From the human T2T-CHM13v2.0 reference genome, Homo sapiens, in the NCBI RefSeq assembly GCF_009914755.1, contig NC_060931.1: a stretch of DNA of 64,000 nucleotides. The stretch is one strand, 5' to 3'. Shown here piece by piece: positions 14,398-33,083 of the stretch. Each line of letters begins with the position of its first letter. The first letter of the stretch is position 1. The notes beneath the pieces were generated by a model. It was not told where the DNA came from, made no database searches, and saw only the letters and a list, made by a program, of their open reading frames with translations. The position numbers were made by a program, and so were the translations under genes.

Positions 14398-14592
14398 TAT
14401 AATACAGTATAATTAAATATATAGTATAAATATATAGTATGCAAAAATATATATTTAAGTATATAAATATATTTATATATCAATATAATACTATATATTT
14501 ATGTATATATGTAAATACATTTATATATTTTATATATGCATAAATTCATATATAGGGTATAAATATATAGTATAATTTAAATATAATAGAAA
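14398..14592. repeat. AT-rich (TA)n low-complexity tract
   Basis: Almost pure A/T with repeated tataaatatatag units. Confidence 0.85.
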
Positions 14593-15464
14593 ATATTTGG
14601 AAATAAAATCTATGCTATGTCACTTGTCTAAACAGTGGTAGAAATCAAAGGATTACTGTGGGTAAAACAGCTTTATTAATATTCTGTTTTGCTTCTAGAG
14701 AACTACTCTTTGCTCAGTAGCTTAAAATGGTGTTAGAATATAAACAAATAAGAAATAACTCATGATTCACTTTTCGGTTATCTTCACCAGATCAATAAAC
14801 TCCCAGTGCCTGGAATGAGATCTGAGACATAGCTGATGTCCAGTAGGTATTTGCCTAATAACTCTGTGGCCTGGGTTCCCAGGAGGGCGAGGGGATGAAG
14901 ACAAGAATCCTTTTGTCTTTGCTGTCCTATCTGAGTATCATGCTTGCAACACAGTAGGTGCCCCACAGAAGTGCACTGAATTATACTTAGCCTGGATCCA
15001 GGGCCCCCAGAGTTTTGTGTGGTGGTGGCAATAACCCGGCTATGAATGTGGGGTTAATATTAGACCAGAAGCAGCTAGGGAGAGAACGTACCAAAGAGCA
15101 GAGTCAGAAGTGAGGAGGTTTAGCTTGTTTAGGGAGTTGCAAATGGGCAAAATGCAAGCTGATTTTGGTTGTTAGTTTTCTTTTGAATTGCATTAGAAAT
15201 TTAAGGCAAAAAACAGGCAGAAGCCAGATTACAGAGACTTTCAAGGCCCAAAGCAGTAAGGGTTTTTCCACAGACCTTGGCTTGAATGGGGGTGAATGAC
15301 TACTCAATCATTTTCTTATTAGTCGGAACCCTGAAATTGCTTTCTCATGCCGCACTTATTCCCATTCCCTGGATTGTGTGTGAAGATGTCCACGAGCAAT
15401 AAAAGGTGTGTAACACTTAGCCAGCCATTTCTGCCTGGGTTTTAGATACATGGCTTTTACGTAG

Positions 15465-15798
<334 letters not shown>

Positions 15799-17539
15799 TC
15801 ATTAGGAAATATTTTAAACGGAACATTATCTTTCCGATAAAACCCTGGCAAAACACTGAGACAAATGAGAAACACAGAAGCTGTTTTAAGGCCTAGCTCC
15901 AGGAGGATGAGACCAAGGTTCTATTCGGCAGCTAAAAGGATGGACACTGTCCTTTTATTTAAAAGACATGTCTTGTGGCTCCTTCTTATATGCACATAGG
16001 AAATGTCACTCATTCTTATTTTCTAATCTATCAAGAAGCCCTTCTAGGAGGGGGAGAAGCCTAGGGATATGGGGACATCACAAAGAGCCAGAAGTGGCAC
16101 CAACAGAAAGGCTGTGAGCAGGAATTGCATGGTGACAGATGATGATCACCCTTCCTTGTATCACTGTGTGCCAGGCAACTCATCCCTTAAGATAAACCCT
16201 GACACAAAATAATGAATTTGAATAAAAAAATGTGTAATGCATTCATTAATGTGAAAACAGACAATGCTCTGTTGAGTAAGTAATTTCAAGGTGAATTGCC
16301 TTATAATGGGGTGGGGGTTGAGGGGAACTTTTTAAACTCTTTCAGCTGTGACCTACAGTATGAAACACATTTGTACTACATCCCAGTACACAGGCAGATG
16401 AATGTAAAACTGATTTAATGAAACACTTCCCTTTGCTACTTGTGAGGCACTCTAAAAATTATTTTATTCCATTTTGAAACCACTATCCAAAATTCACTAA
16501 AGTCATTTCGTTACCCCCTGATGAGTCACTATTCTCAATTACTTCCAGAGAGTAATCCATTTGACTGCCTCCTTCCAGTTATTTTTTTTCCTATTTCTTG
16601 AGATAAAAAGCCTCCACAACCACATCTCATGAACTACTCAAAGCTAGAAATCAAAGGACTCAAGGTCATGACTAAAGAGGAATACTCAAAAATGACAGAA
16701 ATTATAGTATTATCTTAAGCATAAATACAGACAACCATGTGGCATGGGATCCGATGAAGTAAGAATAAAGGTTCAGGAAACGGTCTCTTTTGCCCATCTC
16801 ACCAGCCACGATGACCAGTGTTTTAAGGGAAAAACAACACAGTCAACAACCAGAAGGTTAGATTGATCTTGTTTGGCTGTTTAAATTTGTTTCCTTATCA
16901 CCTGAAAACCCAAACCTCTAGTTAGCCAAAATAGTTCAGTAAGTGTTATTGGCTATGATTCTAACTTTTCCTCAAGGTCAGGGGCAGCAAAGAATCTGGG
17001 GCTCCATCCCACATAAAGAGAACAAAGATCTTGAGTTCCATTGGTGAGTATCTAGCAGCAGCAGGACCCATCTGCTGGTTTCTCACCTCCTTCCGACTGC
17101 CAGTGATGGTATCATCCTGAGGGTGCACAACGCTCCACCACAGACAGCCCCCACTTCTGGCCAGCCAGGTTCCCAATGCTGCCTCCATCAGGATGATAGT
17201 GACAGGCAATATCTGCTGAGCACAGGCTGTGTATCTGGCACTGCGGCTAAGAGCCTTCCCATTGCCTTCTACTATCTCATGTAACTGCCTGTGCTGACTG
17301 GGAGATTTTACGGATTATTTACTGTCCCAATTATGCCCCCGACAACAAAGAATTTAACTTTCTAACAAAACTGTCTTCTGTCCAGTTCAGTATGGTAGCC
17401 ACTAGCTGCCCCGCTCCAACCCGTGCAGCCTCTCCAAGCTTTACATACATGTTGGATTAAAGGACAATCTTATACTAGAATTGGGATGGAACTGATACTA
17501 ATTATGGGGCAGATGGAGCTGGCGGGAGAAAAGCTGCAA

Positions 17540-18100
17540 AGAAAGATATGCAAATATGCAATTCAATACAGTGTGAGATGTGCCTCAACAGGGCGAAGGG
17601 CAGGATTAAGCCCAGGTCTCAGGGAGCTGTGCCCTCAGGGAGAGAGGCTGAGAAGTGGGTCTGAATTGTACAAGCACAGGGATGGAAAGGACATTCTGGA
17701 ATGAGGACCCAGTGTGGGCCATGGCCCAGGGTGAAGAGGAAGCACGTCACACTGAGATTTCTGGGGCGTGGTGGTGTTGCAAAGAAGTTTGGGCTTCAGC
17801 CTAAGAGGAATCATGGCCCAATGGGAGTTTTAGACAGGTCTGACAATGCTGTAGGAAAAAATACACAGTTGCAGGATGAAGCAGGGGCGGATTGGAGGAG
17901 GCAAGTATGCAGGCCATACAATGGTGATCTGAATTAGAGTGATGGGAGTACATATGCAGAAAAATCAGGAGATTTAAGAAATATGGGTACTGAATTAACA
18001 GGACGTGGCCGCTGGCTGACTGTGGATGTGAGGCAGTGACTGAAGATGGCAGCAAGTTTCAGGCGCCAACAACGGGGTAAATGGTGACCCCAGGGGTCAG
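17540..18100 (-). mobile_element. L2 fragment
   Basis: Purine-rich degraded L2-like text (gtttgggcttcagcctaag, aagtttcaggc...ggtaaatggtg). Confidence 0.5.
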
Positions 18101-19469
18101 GAGGAGCCACAGGTGGAGAGAGGAGCTAGTGCATTTTCACTTTTTCTTGATTGCAGGAGCCAGGCCTTCCAGTCTAACCCACTGTTAGGGAGAAATGATC
18201 CAGAGCATACGAGCAAAGGGGAATGTACCTCCTGCCTTCGTGAGTAAAGGGAAAGAAACCTACATAGGAAGCATGAATATTTATACATTTAGTTTGATAT
18301 TTTCCTCTTTTATTTTTTATGTCATAAGTAATGTCTATTCATTATCAAAAATATAAAGAGTACAGAGAAGCAGAATCAGGATGACCTAGTCAGGAGGCCC
18401 AGCAGCCACAGTGCTGCAGGCCCATGATGCTTTCAGAGGCCCCTGAAAATATTTTAAGTTCAATTTAAATCAGAAGGAAAACGTAAATAGAATAATGAAT
18501 ATATAATAATGAATCCGGGCACGATTATATTCATCTTTATAATAATGCAGTCATAAAATGTTAAGTTTTAATACTGTTTTATGAAGGAAGGGACCCACAA
18601 AGGCAAAAGTACCTAGGGCACATGAAAGTAATAATATGGCTATAGTGTAGATGAAGAAAGAGCATCCATAAATCCCTATCTATAAATCTCTACCTATAAA
18701 TCTCTATCATAAATATGCATAAATCTACCATGCCTACATCTGTAAGTCTCTCTCATGTCTATATCTATTAATGATCCATCTATCTTAATATCTCCCTATA
18801 TATGATCACCCCAAATCCCACCATCTCAGTTAGGTTTCTTCCTCTACCTCCAATTTTTTAATTAGTTTGAAAACTGCCTTTTATCTGAATCTACATGACT
18901 GCTCTGTGAAGTGCAAATGCTTCAGCCTTTCTAGGGGTTAATTTGGTAAATAAATAAAAAGCTTTAAGATTTCAAACCATTTGACATAGAACTTCTTCTA
19001 AGAATTAATTTACAGGAAATAATCACATGGAATTACAAGGATGTTCATCACAGTGCTATTTCTCATGAAAAAAGGAAATATCCTTAAATATCCTGCAATG
19101 AGTCTAGTCAAATTAATTATAGTAGATACACACAATGAAACACTAAGCAGACATTAAATAATGATACAATTATATTTTTGTTATCGTGGATAGTTACAAT
19201 ATATTAAATAATAGAATATTTAAAAATACACGCTTTAATCCTGTATTAATGCCCAAAAAGCGTACAAAGGTATATATGAATCCCTCTTGGTGGCAGAATA
19301 ATAGATAATTATTGGTTCTGCTTCTCTACATGTTTAAATTTTTTAGCATTGAGCATATATTACCTGTGAATTTAAAAATACTAAAAGTGTGCACTATCTA
19401 ATTCAGAATCTGTTGGTAGACACTTGGCTAAGGAAATTATTAAGATGTGTGTAAAGACAGAGATATAGG

Positions 19470-21470
<2,001 letters not shown>

Positions 21471-21786
21471 TTAAGTGTATTTACTGAGCAAATGTTCATC
21501 CCGGTGCTCTTTATAAGAAAAAAAATTGCAAACAATATAAATACCTGTCAATGGGAGACATACTTTCATAAAATGAAATACTATTTATATCCATATCCAC
21601 AAAATGACCCTATCTATAAAATGGAATACTATGCAATTATTAAAAGTTTGAATGAACTTTTGAATGAACATATTTTCTGAAAGATGTCTCTAACACATTA
21701 AGTGAAAAGAATCAGGATATAAAGTAATATGCGTATTAGTTCATTTTTATAATAAAATCACCTAGGAGAATTTGGTACAGTATATG

Positions 21787-22132
21787 TGATATGGTTTGGC
21801 TGTGTCCCCACCCAAATCTCATCTTGAATTTTAGCTTCCATCATTCCCATGTGTTGTGGGAGGGACCCAGTGGGAGATAACTGAAACACGGGAGCAATTT
21901 CCTCCTTACTGTTTTCATGGTAGTGAATAAGCAAGTCTCACGAGACAAGGGGAAACCCCTTTCACTTGGCTCTCATTCCCTCTTGGCCTGCTGCCAGGTA
22001 AGACGTGCCTTTTGCCTTGGGCCATGATTATGAGGTCTCCCCAGACAGGTGGAACTGTGAGTCCATTAAACCTCTTTTTCTTTATAAATTACCCAGTCAC
22101 AGGTATCAGCAGCATGAAAATGGACTAATACG
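21787..22132 (+). mobile_element. THE1-family solo LTR
   Basis: tgatatggtttggctgtgtccccacccaaatctc...agcagcatgaaaatggactaatac. Confidence 0.88.
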
Positions 22133-22764
22133 ATGTGCATTAAGGTAAACTCTTGATCTAAAACAAAAACAAAAAAAATAATGAAAACAATGAACCCTGC
22201 GAGGCCTTACATTTGAAGTTTCTTCTGATGATGGTAATGACACAGAAAAGCAGCAAGCTGAGTTCTCACCCGGGCAAGTCGATGGGAAAATAAGTCAGTG
22301 CATTTTGGTAGGATTCTTACGGACTCTGGTAAAAAGCAATTTCTCAAACAATTAAATTGCCAATAAAAGACTAAGAAACATGAGAGCTATGCTTCTTGGG
22401 GATAGGTATGACTTGCAGAAATGTTAATAGCATTTGCATTTAGGTTCATTTCTTCCTCCATGTGTCAGGTTTATTTAGATACCGCTGTTTCCACGTAAAG
22501 ATGGGCCAGGCACCTGCCACAGTCCCCAAAAGCTGCACTGGCATTATAATGGAGTGGCCACCAAACCTAGCCCAGAGGATGCTTGCATGGGAAAATAGAG
22601 GGGGAGAAATCAGTTGGGCAGAAAATGATGAAAACAGAGGGATTTTTTTTTTTACCACTTCCTATATCTGTTCTGGCAAAATTAATGTTTAACTCCTCTC
22701 AAAAGATTCTGATGGTTGATATTTCAAAGGAGAAAAACATGCAGAATGAGAAAAGCATATTTCA

Positions 22765-23109
<345 letters not shown>

Positions 23110-25103
23110 TTAATTCTCTGTCCAAAAGCTGAGAGTCGTCACACCTGCATGGGAGAGGTAAGTCCTTTGGTCCGTGCTTTGAGGTTGCCTATTCCCCAGG
23201 AGCCCTTTATAACAAGGCCTGTGGGCATTTCCATAATTCTCTTGTACAAAATGGAATAGTCAGTTCAGGTTATACATATGTCACTCAAGAACAGGTGACA
23301 ACAAAGTTCAAGTATAACTAATGTAGTGGTTACAGTCAGCATATTGGTTACATAACAAGGAGTACCACAGTAGCTTTAGAGCTGGGGGCCACCTGGACAA
23401 TCCCAGCATTTCCCCGCCTAGGAACATGAGGACCATACAGGAGACACTTGTCTAGAGCTGCTTGGTAGTGGAGCCAGAACTAGAATCCAGGTCTTCTAAT
23501 GCTTAATCTCTCTTAGGCACTGTGAGTGGCTCTTGCCACCCCAGAGTAATATCCACTTAGCCATGATCTGAATTCCCAGGGAAGGGTAGGTCCAAACTTG
23601 GGAGGGGGCCATCGGGCTGCCTAGGAATCAACTGCAGAGTCTATTAAGCTTGCTGATTTCTGGATTCCCCTGCAGGAATTTGCATTTCACAGAAGCTCCC
23701 CAAAGTGAATCTGATACACAGCCAAGTCAGGAATCACTGGACTAAGTTATACAAGACAGAAGAGCAAAGAAACCAGCAGATTTCCATTTAAAAAAATGCA
23801 AGTCATTCTCCTTACTCACTCTATAAAAAAAAACATGGAAATATGTAATTATAAAGCTCAAAATAGCTTCTTCAGGGAAAAAAAATGTGATTCACACTTC
23901 TAAAGATGCTCAGGCCACAGCTGCAATCTGTTCTTGCGGCCAAAACCCTTGGGAAGCCAAATTAAGGGAAGCCACATTGGGTTTGTTTGCTGGGATCTAA
24001 AACTGTGTCCTGCTCCCTGCAGACAGGCCAGAAAGCCCTCTCTGGGAGGAAGAAAGCGAGCTCACTCCAGAGAGACAGGCAGCCAGAAGACCTGCCAGCT
24101 GGAGCTGCCCCTGATAGCCTGGCTTCCTACAGCCACCATCTGAAGGGACCTGGCTCCCATCAAGTCCTGGTGGATAGGAGCACCTGCTGAGGAGGAGGCA
24201 TCTTTGGAAAAGTGCTGTTTACTGGCCTCTCGGAGTCCTCACTGGAGTCCTGCCTAGAACAGAGATTGAACTCTGTGCTGGTTAAAGTCGAACCCATTTC
24301 CCATAGAGCGGGAGTGGGTAGAAAAAAAGCAGCAAGCTGAGAGCTGTCTGGAGGCAGTTGGGGATATAATAAATTAGGAAGTCACACAGCTGTGTGTTCT
24401 GAAACACAAGATTGAAAATAGATCATTTTTTTCCTCTTGGGGGAACATACTGTAGTGTTGATATTTTCTAATTCAAATTTGGACTCAGTGGGCCTTCTCA
24501 ACCAAATTACCCTGAGGAGGAGCGGGAGGGAGAGGGATGAAGAGGAGCCCTTTAGTATAACTCATTCTCACTTATTTTAGAAGAAAACAAGAATGTTGTT
24601 TGAGAGGTTTCAGGGTAAAATGCAAAGTTTATTAAAAATTTAGCAATGTCTGAAGAATATTTTTGGAACTGACCCTGAAGCAAACAGAAAGCTACTCTAT
24701 TCATGCAACAAACGCTTATTAAATGCAGACTACATGTAAAACACTGTGCTAGAAGTTAAGATGGAAGCTGAATTCACTAAGAGTCTAGTCCTCAAAGGGC
24801 TTACAGTCTGTAAGGAAGACAGGATATTTACAAAGAAAGTGAAAGCAGTGGGTGATAGCATTGCACCATAGTTAAGGGCAAACAGCACAGGAGAATCTCA
24901 CAATAATTCACTCCATCTAATACCTGCATCACCTCAGTCTACTTAACCTCTCCCTTCATCTCAGGTTCCTTATTTGTAAATGAAGATGTTGCAGGGGTTA
25001 ACAGAGGTAACGTGTGCTTATTATTGACTCTGGGAATTCTCTGTTACATAGAAAGCATCCAATAAATGGCAGTGGTCTCCCTCTTTTTAAAAAAGCAAAT
25101 TCC

Positions 25104-25400
25104 TTTTTTTTTTTTTTTGAGATGGAATCTCACTCTGTTGCCCAGGCTGGGATGCAGTGGCATGATGTTGGCTCACTCCAACCTCTGCCTCCCGAGTTCA
25201 GGCGATTCTCCAGCCTCAGCCTCCCATGTAGTTGGGATTACAGGCTCCCACCAGCATACCTGGCTAATTTTTGTATTTTAGTAGAGACGAGGGTTTCACT
25301 ATGTTGGCCAGGCTGGTTTCAAACTCCTGACCTCATGTAATCTGCCCGCCTCAGCCTCCCAAAGTGGTTGGATTACAGGTGTAAGCCATCCTGCCCAGCC
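25104..25400 (-). mobile_element. AluS
   Basis: Full dimeric Alu. Confidence 0.92.
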
Positions 25401-26672
25401 AAAATCAGCAAGTGGTTTTTGATTGAAGTTCAAGTGCCCAAGGCTGGGAGACCTGATTGGCATCCACCTTCTAATCTATTCCAACCACCAGGTAAATCTT
25501 TACAACCAAAGGCTCCAGGTTAAGGATGAGAAATAAAAGCATTCTAGAGCTTTCTGTCCTCAAGCTGCTCCCCTAACTACTGCAGACTCCCTGAGGGAAA
25601 AACTGACACTGTAGGAAGCCACAGTGTCTGCAAAAAGTGTTTTAAAGACTTTAGCTGTGGGTATGCTTCTGTTTTGTTTTTTTATTTTTTTTCCATTTGT
25701 TTGTTTCACTCATGTATATTTTGGTTTTGAAAACTTTACAGTTAGCATTTCATCATCTTTTCAGTGCAGTTTGACATCCTGATTTCTGTTGTTTTACTTT
25801 ATTTTAGTGAGGTTAGTTTATTTTACTATCTATTAGAATCTTCTAGCATTCTGCTTATACTTTCCCTCCAATTTCATGCTGCCTTCCATACTAATATTCT
25901 ACTTTTACAACTTATGAGGACTTTGAAGGGTATGGCCTGGTACATCACGATCCTACAAGAAATGCTGAGAACAGTGATTACTGCTTTGGAAAAAAAAAAT
26001 AACCCGTGGGTCCAAGCTTGAGATTTAGAAGAGACTGGCATCTCTGGAACTAGGGAAAGATGGTTTTTGCACTTTACACCTTTGGAATGAGACTAGTCAC
26101 TTTAATACTCATTTTACTGATGAGACGTGATGATGTCATCCTGCAAATGGCCTCCGTCATTGATTGGAATCCTGTTATATTTGTGATTTTGTTTTATGAT
26201 GTTTCTCCTGCTATAAGATGCTTGTATCCTGAATTTAAACTTCCTCATGTATATAACCACTGGGATTTTAGGAAAACGACATCCACTAGCATTGGAAAAG
26301 ACCAGAAGGGAAGGTGGATGTAAGTTTCATCCAAGGAAGGTCCCTGACAGCAACACCGTTGACCTGCTTTGGGAAGAATTAGGCGGCAGTGCGTCTCTCT
26401 CAGATCTCTAAGGGCAAGCAGAGGTGCTCAGCCAGGCTCTGGACACCACTTCCAGATGGAGCCTCACTCTGTGGCAGCAGAGTCCCTTCCTCCTCCACAG
26501 CCCTCCCGGGCAAGCCTCCTGCCAGGCAGGGCTCCAGCACCTTTTGCTCTTTCAGACACAAGAGGCCGGAGTTAGAACTGATTTTAAATACTTCTATTTT
26601 GAATTTTTCTTCAAGTTATATTTTTTAAAACAATTTTTTTGGCTAAAAGAAACATTTTTGTAACAATACATG

Positions 26673-26674
<2 letters not shown>

Positions 26675-26718
<44 letters not shown>
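26675..26718. repeat. (TG)~21 microsatellite
   Basis: Perfect TG run. Confidence 0.95.
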
Positions 26719-26720
<2 letters not shown>

Positions 26721-26806
26721 GAGAAGGAGAGAAAAAGAGGGTGAAAGATAAAACATATGTGGCAAAATGTTGGCATAACTATAGATGAACCTGGGTGAAT
26801 GAGTTA

Positions 26807-27172
<366 letters not shown>

Positions 27173-30100
27173 TTATTTACATTATTTTTCTATGGCTATT
27201 CTTTATATCAATTCTCCCTTACCAATTCTCATGCCCTTATTCTTTCAAATGAAGTCTAGAGTCATCCCGTGAAGTTTCCATCCTAATTCCCAGTGATACT
27301 TTGGAATGTGATATGAGCCTGTCCACTAATGTAGAGGAACTTGCAACCTTTGCATATTGTTTTCTAACCAGGAAGAAAACATTTTGCTTCTCTATTTATT
27401 TGAAATGTCTATTGTATATTTTGGCAAAGTCTTACAGTTTTCTTCACCTAAGTTTCCAAGATGTTTTCCATTGGGATTATTCCAAAGTAGTTTACATTTT
27501 CATTGCTACTGTTATAATCTTTTTTTTCCATTTTATAATTATTGCTGACATATGGAACATCTACTAAGTTTCGTTTATTCACTATCTAGCTACTCTTCTA
27601 AACCACATTAGCTTATCCTTTGCTTCTTCAGGGATAGAAAGTCTTATTACCTACAGTTTAAAATATTTGTTTCTATCGATGAACTCTACCTCTAATGTGT
27701 TTGTAAGTTTTCCAGATCAAGGAGAAATAGTAATGGTGAATAATAATCAGCATCATATAGCATCCCAGTTTAGTCTCAGTTTTTGATGGGAAAGCTGTTT
27801 TGGTATCTTTATTTTAAGAATGATGCTAGCTTGTCACTTTCTGGCAGATTTTTTTTTTTAATGATAAGAGTGTGTCCTAGTCCATCATCTTTAATGAATA
27901 TATTAAATATTATGAAACACTATTTTAACATTATTGGGTTTAAATTGAAATTAGCATCTGGGTTTTCACATTGAGCTTATTCATGTGAGATGGAGCACTG
28001 ACCTGTTTCATATTTTCAAGCTCCTCTTGCTTCCCTGAGACAAATGAATATTTGAGCCAAATTCAGTGTCCACTGCTAGCAAATGCAAAGGCTTTTGTAA
28101 CATGTACTTTTCATCATCCATTTTTTCATTTTACTTTTTATTTGCCGTGGTTTTTACCATTTATCATTATTTTTTATTATCTTCAAGGTTTCCTATAAAC
28201 CACCCCAATTTTTAGGGGAAGTGAGGCCAGGAATGAAAGAAAAAGAAAAGGGTATGTATTAATAAACAGTAGAAAGCATAACAAAGAGACACAGATAAAG
28301 TGCTACAGGAGTTCTGAGGGAGCTGTAATGCCCTCCCACAGTGAAGATGAGGCGAGGAATCAGAACAGTCACCCAAACGATGCTTGAGATGAACCAGAAG
28401 TGTTTCTATAAGGCGTTAAGAAGACAATGGGAGCCTGTGCCTTTCAACAGGTCTGTATCTCTCATTACCAGCTTGGGCAAATCTACCAGGCTCACCTCTT
28501 AGCCATGACCTCTAAGAGACAACAGGAATGGATGCTGATTGGGGCCAGCTATATCTTTTCAGAAATAATGTAAAAAGGAATAAGTCCTTAAAAAGTCTAT
28601 GATAAATATTATTTTCATCCATTTATAATTGAGATGTGCTTAGTATAGTCTCCTTTTAAACTGCCAAGTTTAGTTGCTCTCTGTAACCACTTCCTATGGG
28701 GATGAACATTTTCCTGCAATTTCAGAAGTATCTCCAAGTACTGCTTTCTGAAACACAAACAAAGCACCACAGAACTTCAGATTCTTAGGATATCCACAAA
28801 ATGCACAGAAACAGTTGGCTTTGCTGCAAGATGCATCTTGGTATCTCTAAGCTTGTGCATATTCAAGTTAATTTATTTCTTCCACAAATAGTGCATTTTA
28901 CAGTTAACAAAGCACTTTAACTAACATTTCCTCACCTGATTCTCAGATGAGAATGATGACGATCATGACTGATGATGACTGATGATGATATCCCTATGTT
29001 ACAGATGGGGACAGTAAGGGGCAAGATGAAGGTTAACCATCATGGCAAAAGTCCTCGTATCAACTATGCCTATCACAAGGGCTTCTGATCCTGAATGCAA
29101 GAATTTTACATGAAGTTCTCTCCTGCCTTGGAGAATACCATTATAAATCCCACTATTAGTTTTTTAATTATTTAAAACAATCACCTTCAAATGACTTTTA
29201 TGCTCTCTCCTATGATGATTTTAATTTAGACCAAAAGTGTCTGCAACTTCCTAATGTCAAAGTTAGGCTTTAGAACATTTGTTTTTGTTTTACTTTAAAC
29301 TTAAGGTTGAAATAGAATGTAAGAGTAGAACGTGAAAATTCAGGGCAGAATCAAGATCTGAGAGCATTCCACTTTGCATAAGCAAGAGTACAAGCTCGTA
29401 TTTGGAGAAAAAAAAAGGTCCTTAAGAGATTTAACTGTTAAAAGCTAATTTTCTTGAGTTTTCTTTAGCCAGAATGTATTCCCCAAGAATGAAAGTGATG
29501 GATGGTACTTCTCAAGGTACAAAAACACCAATGTCCCAGAGTTAAGTGTCTATTCTAATTGCTGCTGCACTCCAAACAGTCCTTCAGGTTGCTCATCTGT
29601 GTTATTTTTACTTGCTAAAGCAGAGGTGTCTGGGTGATGAATTATACAAGGTGCTCCACTCGGCACCACTGGTGTATTATAATAAATATTGCCATGGAAA
29701 GACAAAGTAAGGAAATGGTGAACATTTTCATAATGTGTAATGTAGGTTTCTTTCTTGCTTTTTTTTAAAAAAAAACCCAGAGCAGTAGTATTAAATTGTA
29801 ATCTAATTATAAACGGTCAAACAGGTGAATTTGGCAAAACTGTTTCAAGGCTTCAATCACAAATGTATGTCCATTCTGCTCTTCAAAATACACCTGAGAA
29901 TAACCCCCACACAAAAGCATAATTGAAGAAGTGGAAATATCCATTTGCTAAAAGGACAGTAATGCAGTGGAGCCCTAGCATCTTAGTGATGAAAGAAGAA
30001 ATGCATTATAATCAAACCTCAATTTCCATTTTTCTGCAATCTTTGATATTGCTGCATTTAAAAAGATACTAGTGCATTTCCCCAATTCTCAATGAAGACA

Positions 30101-30799
30101 AAATGACAGAGGACTGTAATCTGGCTTCAATTTGTTATGGTTTTCTGCATCAGTAAGGACACTGCAGAAAAGACTGTAAAGAGACAGAATTAAGGGTTTC
30201 AAGTAATTATTTATCCCATCTTAACATAACTCCAGTTTTCTTTAGATATCTAACATCCTGTGGTCATATAACATACTCAGGAGAGGTATGTTATACTAAT
30301 GGGTAATGGGTAATGGCTAATCCAACCTCTGGACAGTCCCATTCCCTGTCCATGGCTGGGCTAGGCACAGTCACATGCCAAAGTGTCAGCCAAGAAAACA
30401 CGAGAGAAAGTGTGCTGAAAGTCTTCCAAAAACACTTCTACACACCTAAAAGAGATCCACCGGAAGAGATGGCCTCTTGTTCCTCTGACTATGTGAAGGT
30501 AGCCATCATCTTGCTACCAGACACAGAACAGAAAGATGAAAATAACTTGGGTCCCTAATGACATCACCGGACAGGTATGCTAACCAGCTCTAGGATCTAC
30601 ACAACTCTGGACTTATGCAATACATGTCCTTGGCAGGACATTTTGAGTTGAGATTTCTACTACTTGTAGCTGAAATTGTCCTAACTGCTGCATTATTAGG
30701 CCAGGACTGGGGTGAGCCTGTACACCATCATGCTCACAAGTCTGTCACACCCAGAAAATATAATCTAATTCTAGCGTGTTATTCCCATAACTGGGACAT

Positions 30800-31380
30800 T
30801 TCTTTTCATTATTAAAATCCTTCTATTGGTTTCCACTGCCTGTAAGGTAAAGTCAAAACTCTCTGCATGGCAAATACTTGTGATCTGACAACTGCTTCTG
30901 CTAGCACCTCTGCCCTTTGCTTCCTCCCTCAAACCCTCTGCATTAACTACATGGAACTAGAATCCCTTGAACCTCCAGGTCTTCTAGCCTACCATTTCTC
31001 ACTGCCTGGAATTTTCAACAGCCGCCTCCCACCATCCACACAGCCATGACTGCCTGATATCTCTTTGTCTTTGTGAACCCCACGTGCAGGTATCTCTTCT
31101 TCTCTATCACACCTTGCAAGACTCTCCTTTCCCCAGCCCTGCCCAGTTCTTCACAAACAGAAGGAATGAAGTATTGCCTCCCAGAGATATGAATGTGACT
31201 CAAATGTAATGTTACAAATGGAAAAATGTTTTATAATCATTTATTTATGTGAAGGACCCTCCAGTTAGTGTGAGCTGCCTGAGGATGGAGAATGGGTTCT
31301 AAATCCATGTCCACAGTGACCCTGATCCTGACTCATAGAGGTGCCCTACAGTTATTAAGTGAATAAATGAATGAGTGAGG
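30800..31380 (+). mobile_element. L2 3' fragment
   Basis: aaagtcaaaactctctgcatggc...tgtgagctgcctgagg...gaataaatgaatgagtga. Confidence 0.6.
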
Positions 31381-31519
31381 AAAATAAAATATCTTAGCTG
31401 TACCTGACATCGGAATATAATTGGGTAAGGTTCTACCTATTCAAAAGAGAGTAATTGATCCATTTGTACCAGAAATCAAGTATTCCTGGCACTCATCAAC
31501 AATGTATTTATTTACTTAT

Positions 31520-31867
<348 letters not shown>

Positions 31868-32075
31868 TAGCTACCATTTCTTTTTCCCCAGCTAGGAGCT
31901 GGGCATCTTCTTAATGACTTCACATTGACAGTAAGCACATGTGTATTCATCTGTGCTATGCCTCCTGTTTTCTGTAAGGGCACCACTCCCTGCCCCCTCC
32001 ACTCTCACTGACCCTGCACACACAGGGTCAGTGTGCAGGGAATATAACTCTTCTTTTGAAGACTTGCTCCTTTCT

Positions 32076-32437
32076 TGAAATAGTCTGTTTTCACGCTGCT
32101 GCTAAAGACATACCCAAGACTGGGTAATTTATAAAGAAAAAGAGGTTTAATGGACTCACAGCACCACGTGGCTGGGGAGGCCTCACAATCATGGTGGAAG
32201 GCAAAAGGCAAGTCTTACATGGCGGCAGGCAAGACAGAATGAGAACGGAGCAAAAGGGGTTTCCCCTTATAAAACCATCAGATCTCGTGAGACTTTTTCA
32301 GTACCATGAGAACAGTACAGGGGAAACCACACTTACGATTTGATTATCTCCCACTGGGTCCCTCCTATAACACGTGGGAATTATGGGAGCTACAATTCAA
32401 GATGAGATTTGGGTGGGGACACAGCCAAACCATATCA
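32076..32437 (-). mobile_element. THE1-family solo LTR
   Basis: Ends gggacacagccaaaccatatca, the reverse complement of the THE1 start. Confidence 0.88.
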
Positions 32438-32773
32438 TCCCTCAATCTTCAATCTTGTTCTTCTGACTGGGGCTGCCAATTATCCAATTCAGGCTATGGG
32501 GATATGTGACCACATCCAGGTCCCTAAGTATTCTTCTTTGTAATTTTTGAAACTGAAACTAAGAGAAAATATGTCTTGCTCACAAAAGAGCCTCATGAAT
32601 AAAGCAGGTTAAAAAGAAAACTTTTAACCAATATATAGAAGATAAAGAAACAAGGGACATTGTTCCAGGCCCTAGATCCAGCTGTCATTTATGCCACAGC
32701 ACCCTCCTCACCTAACTTTCAGTTTGCTCATGGAAAGTGAGGTTCTATCACTTGCAAAAAAAATTACCCATAT

Positions 32774-32776
<3 letters not shown>

Positions 32777-32804
<28 letters not shown>

Positions 32805-33083
32805 GGAGACAGAGTCTCGCTCTGTCGCCCAGGCTGGAGGGCAGTGGTGCAATCTCAGCTCACTGCAAGCTCCGCCTCCCAGGTTCACACCATTCTCCTG
32901 CCTCAGCCTCCTAAGTAGCTGGGACTACAGGCACCCGCCACCATGCCTGGCTAATTTTGTATTTTTTGTAGAGATGGGTTTCACCGTGTTAGACAGGACG
33001 GTCTTGATCTCCTGACCTTGTGATCAGCCCACCTTGGCCTCCCAAACTGCTGGGATTACAGGCGTGAGCCAACACATCCGGCC
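32777..33083 (-). mobile_element. AluY
   Basis: gcaagctccgcctcc, ccattctcc, ccgtgttag...gtcttgatctcc diagnostics. Confidence 0.92.

Noticed and set aside
18665-18800. Short repeated tataaatctc units as an array or CRISPR-like structure
   Set aside because: Degenerate low-complexity repeat without spacers, in a eukaryotic context.
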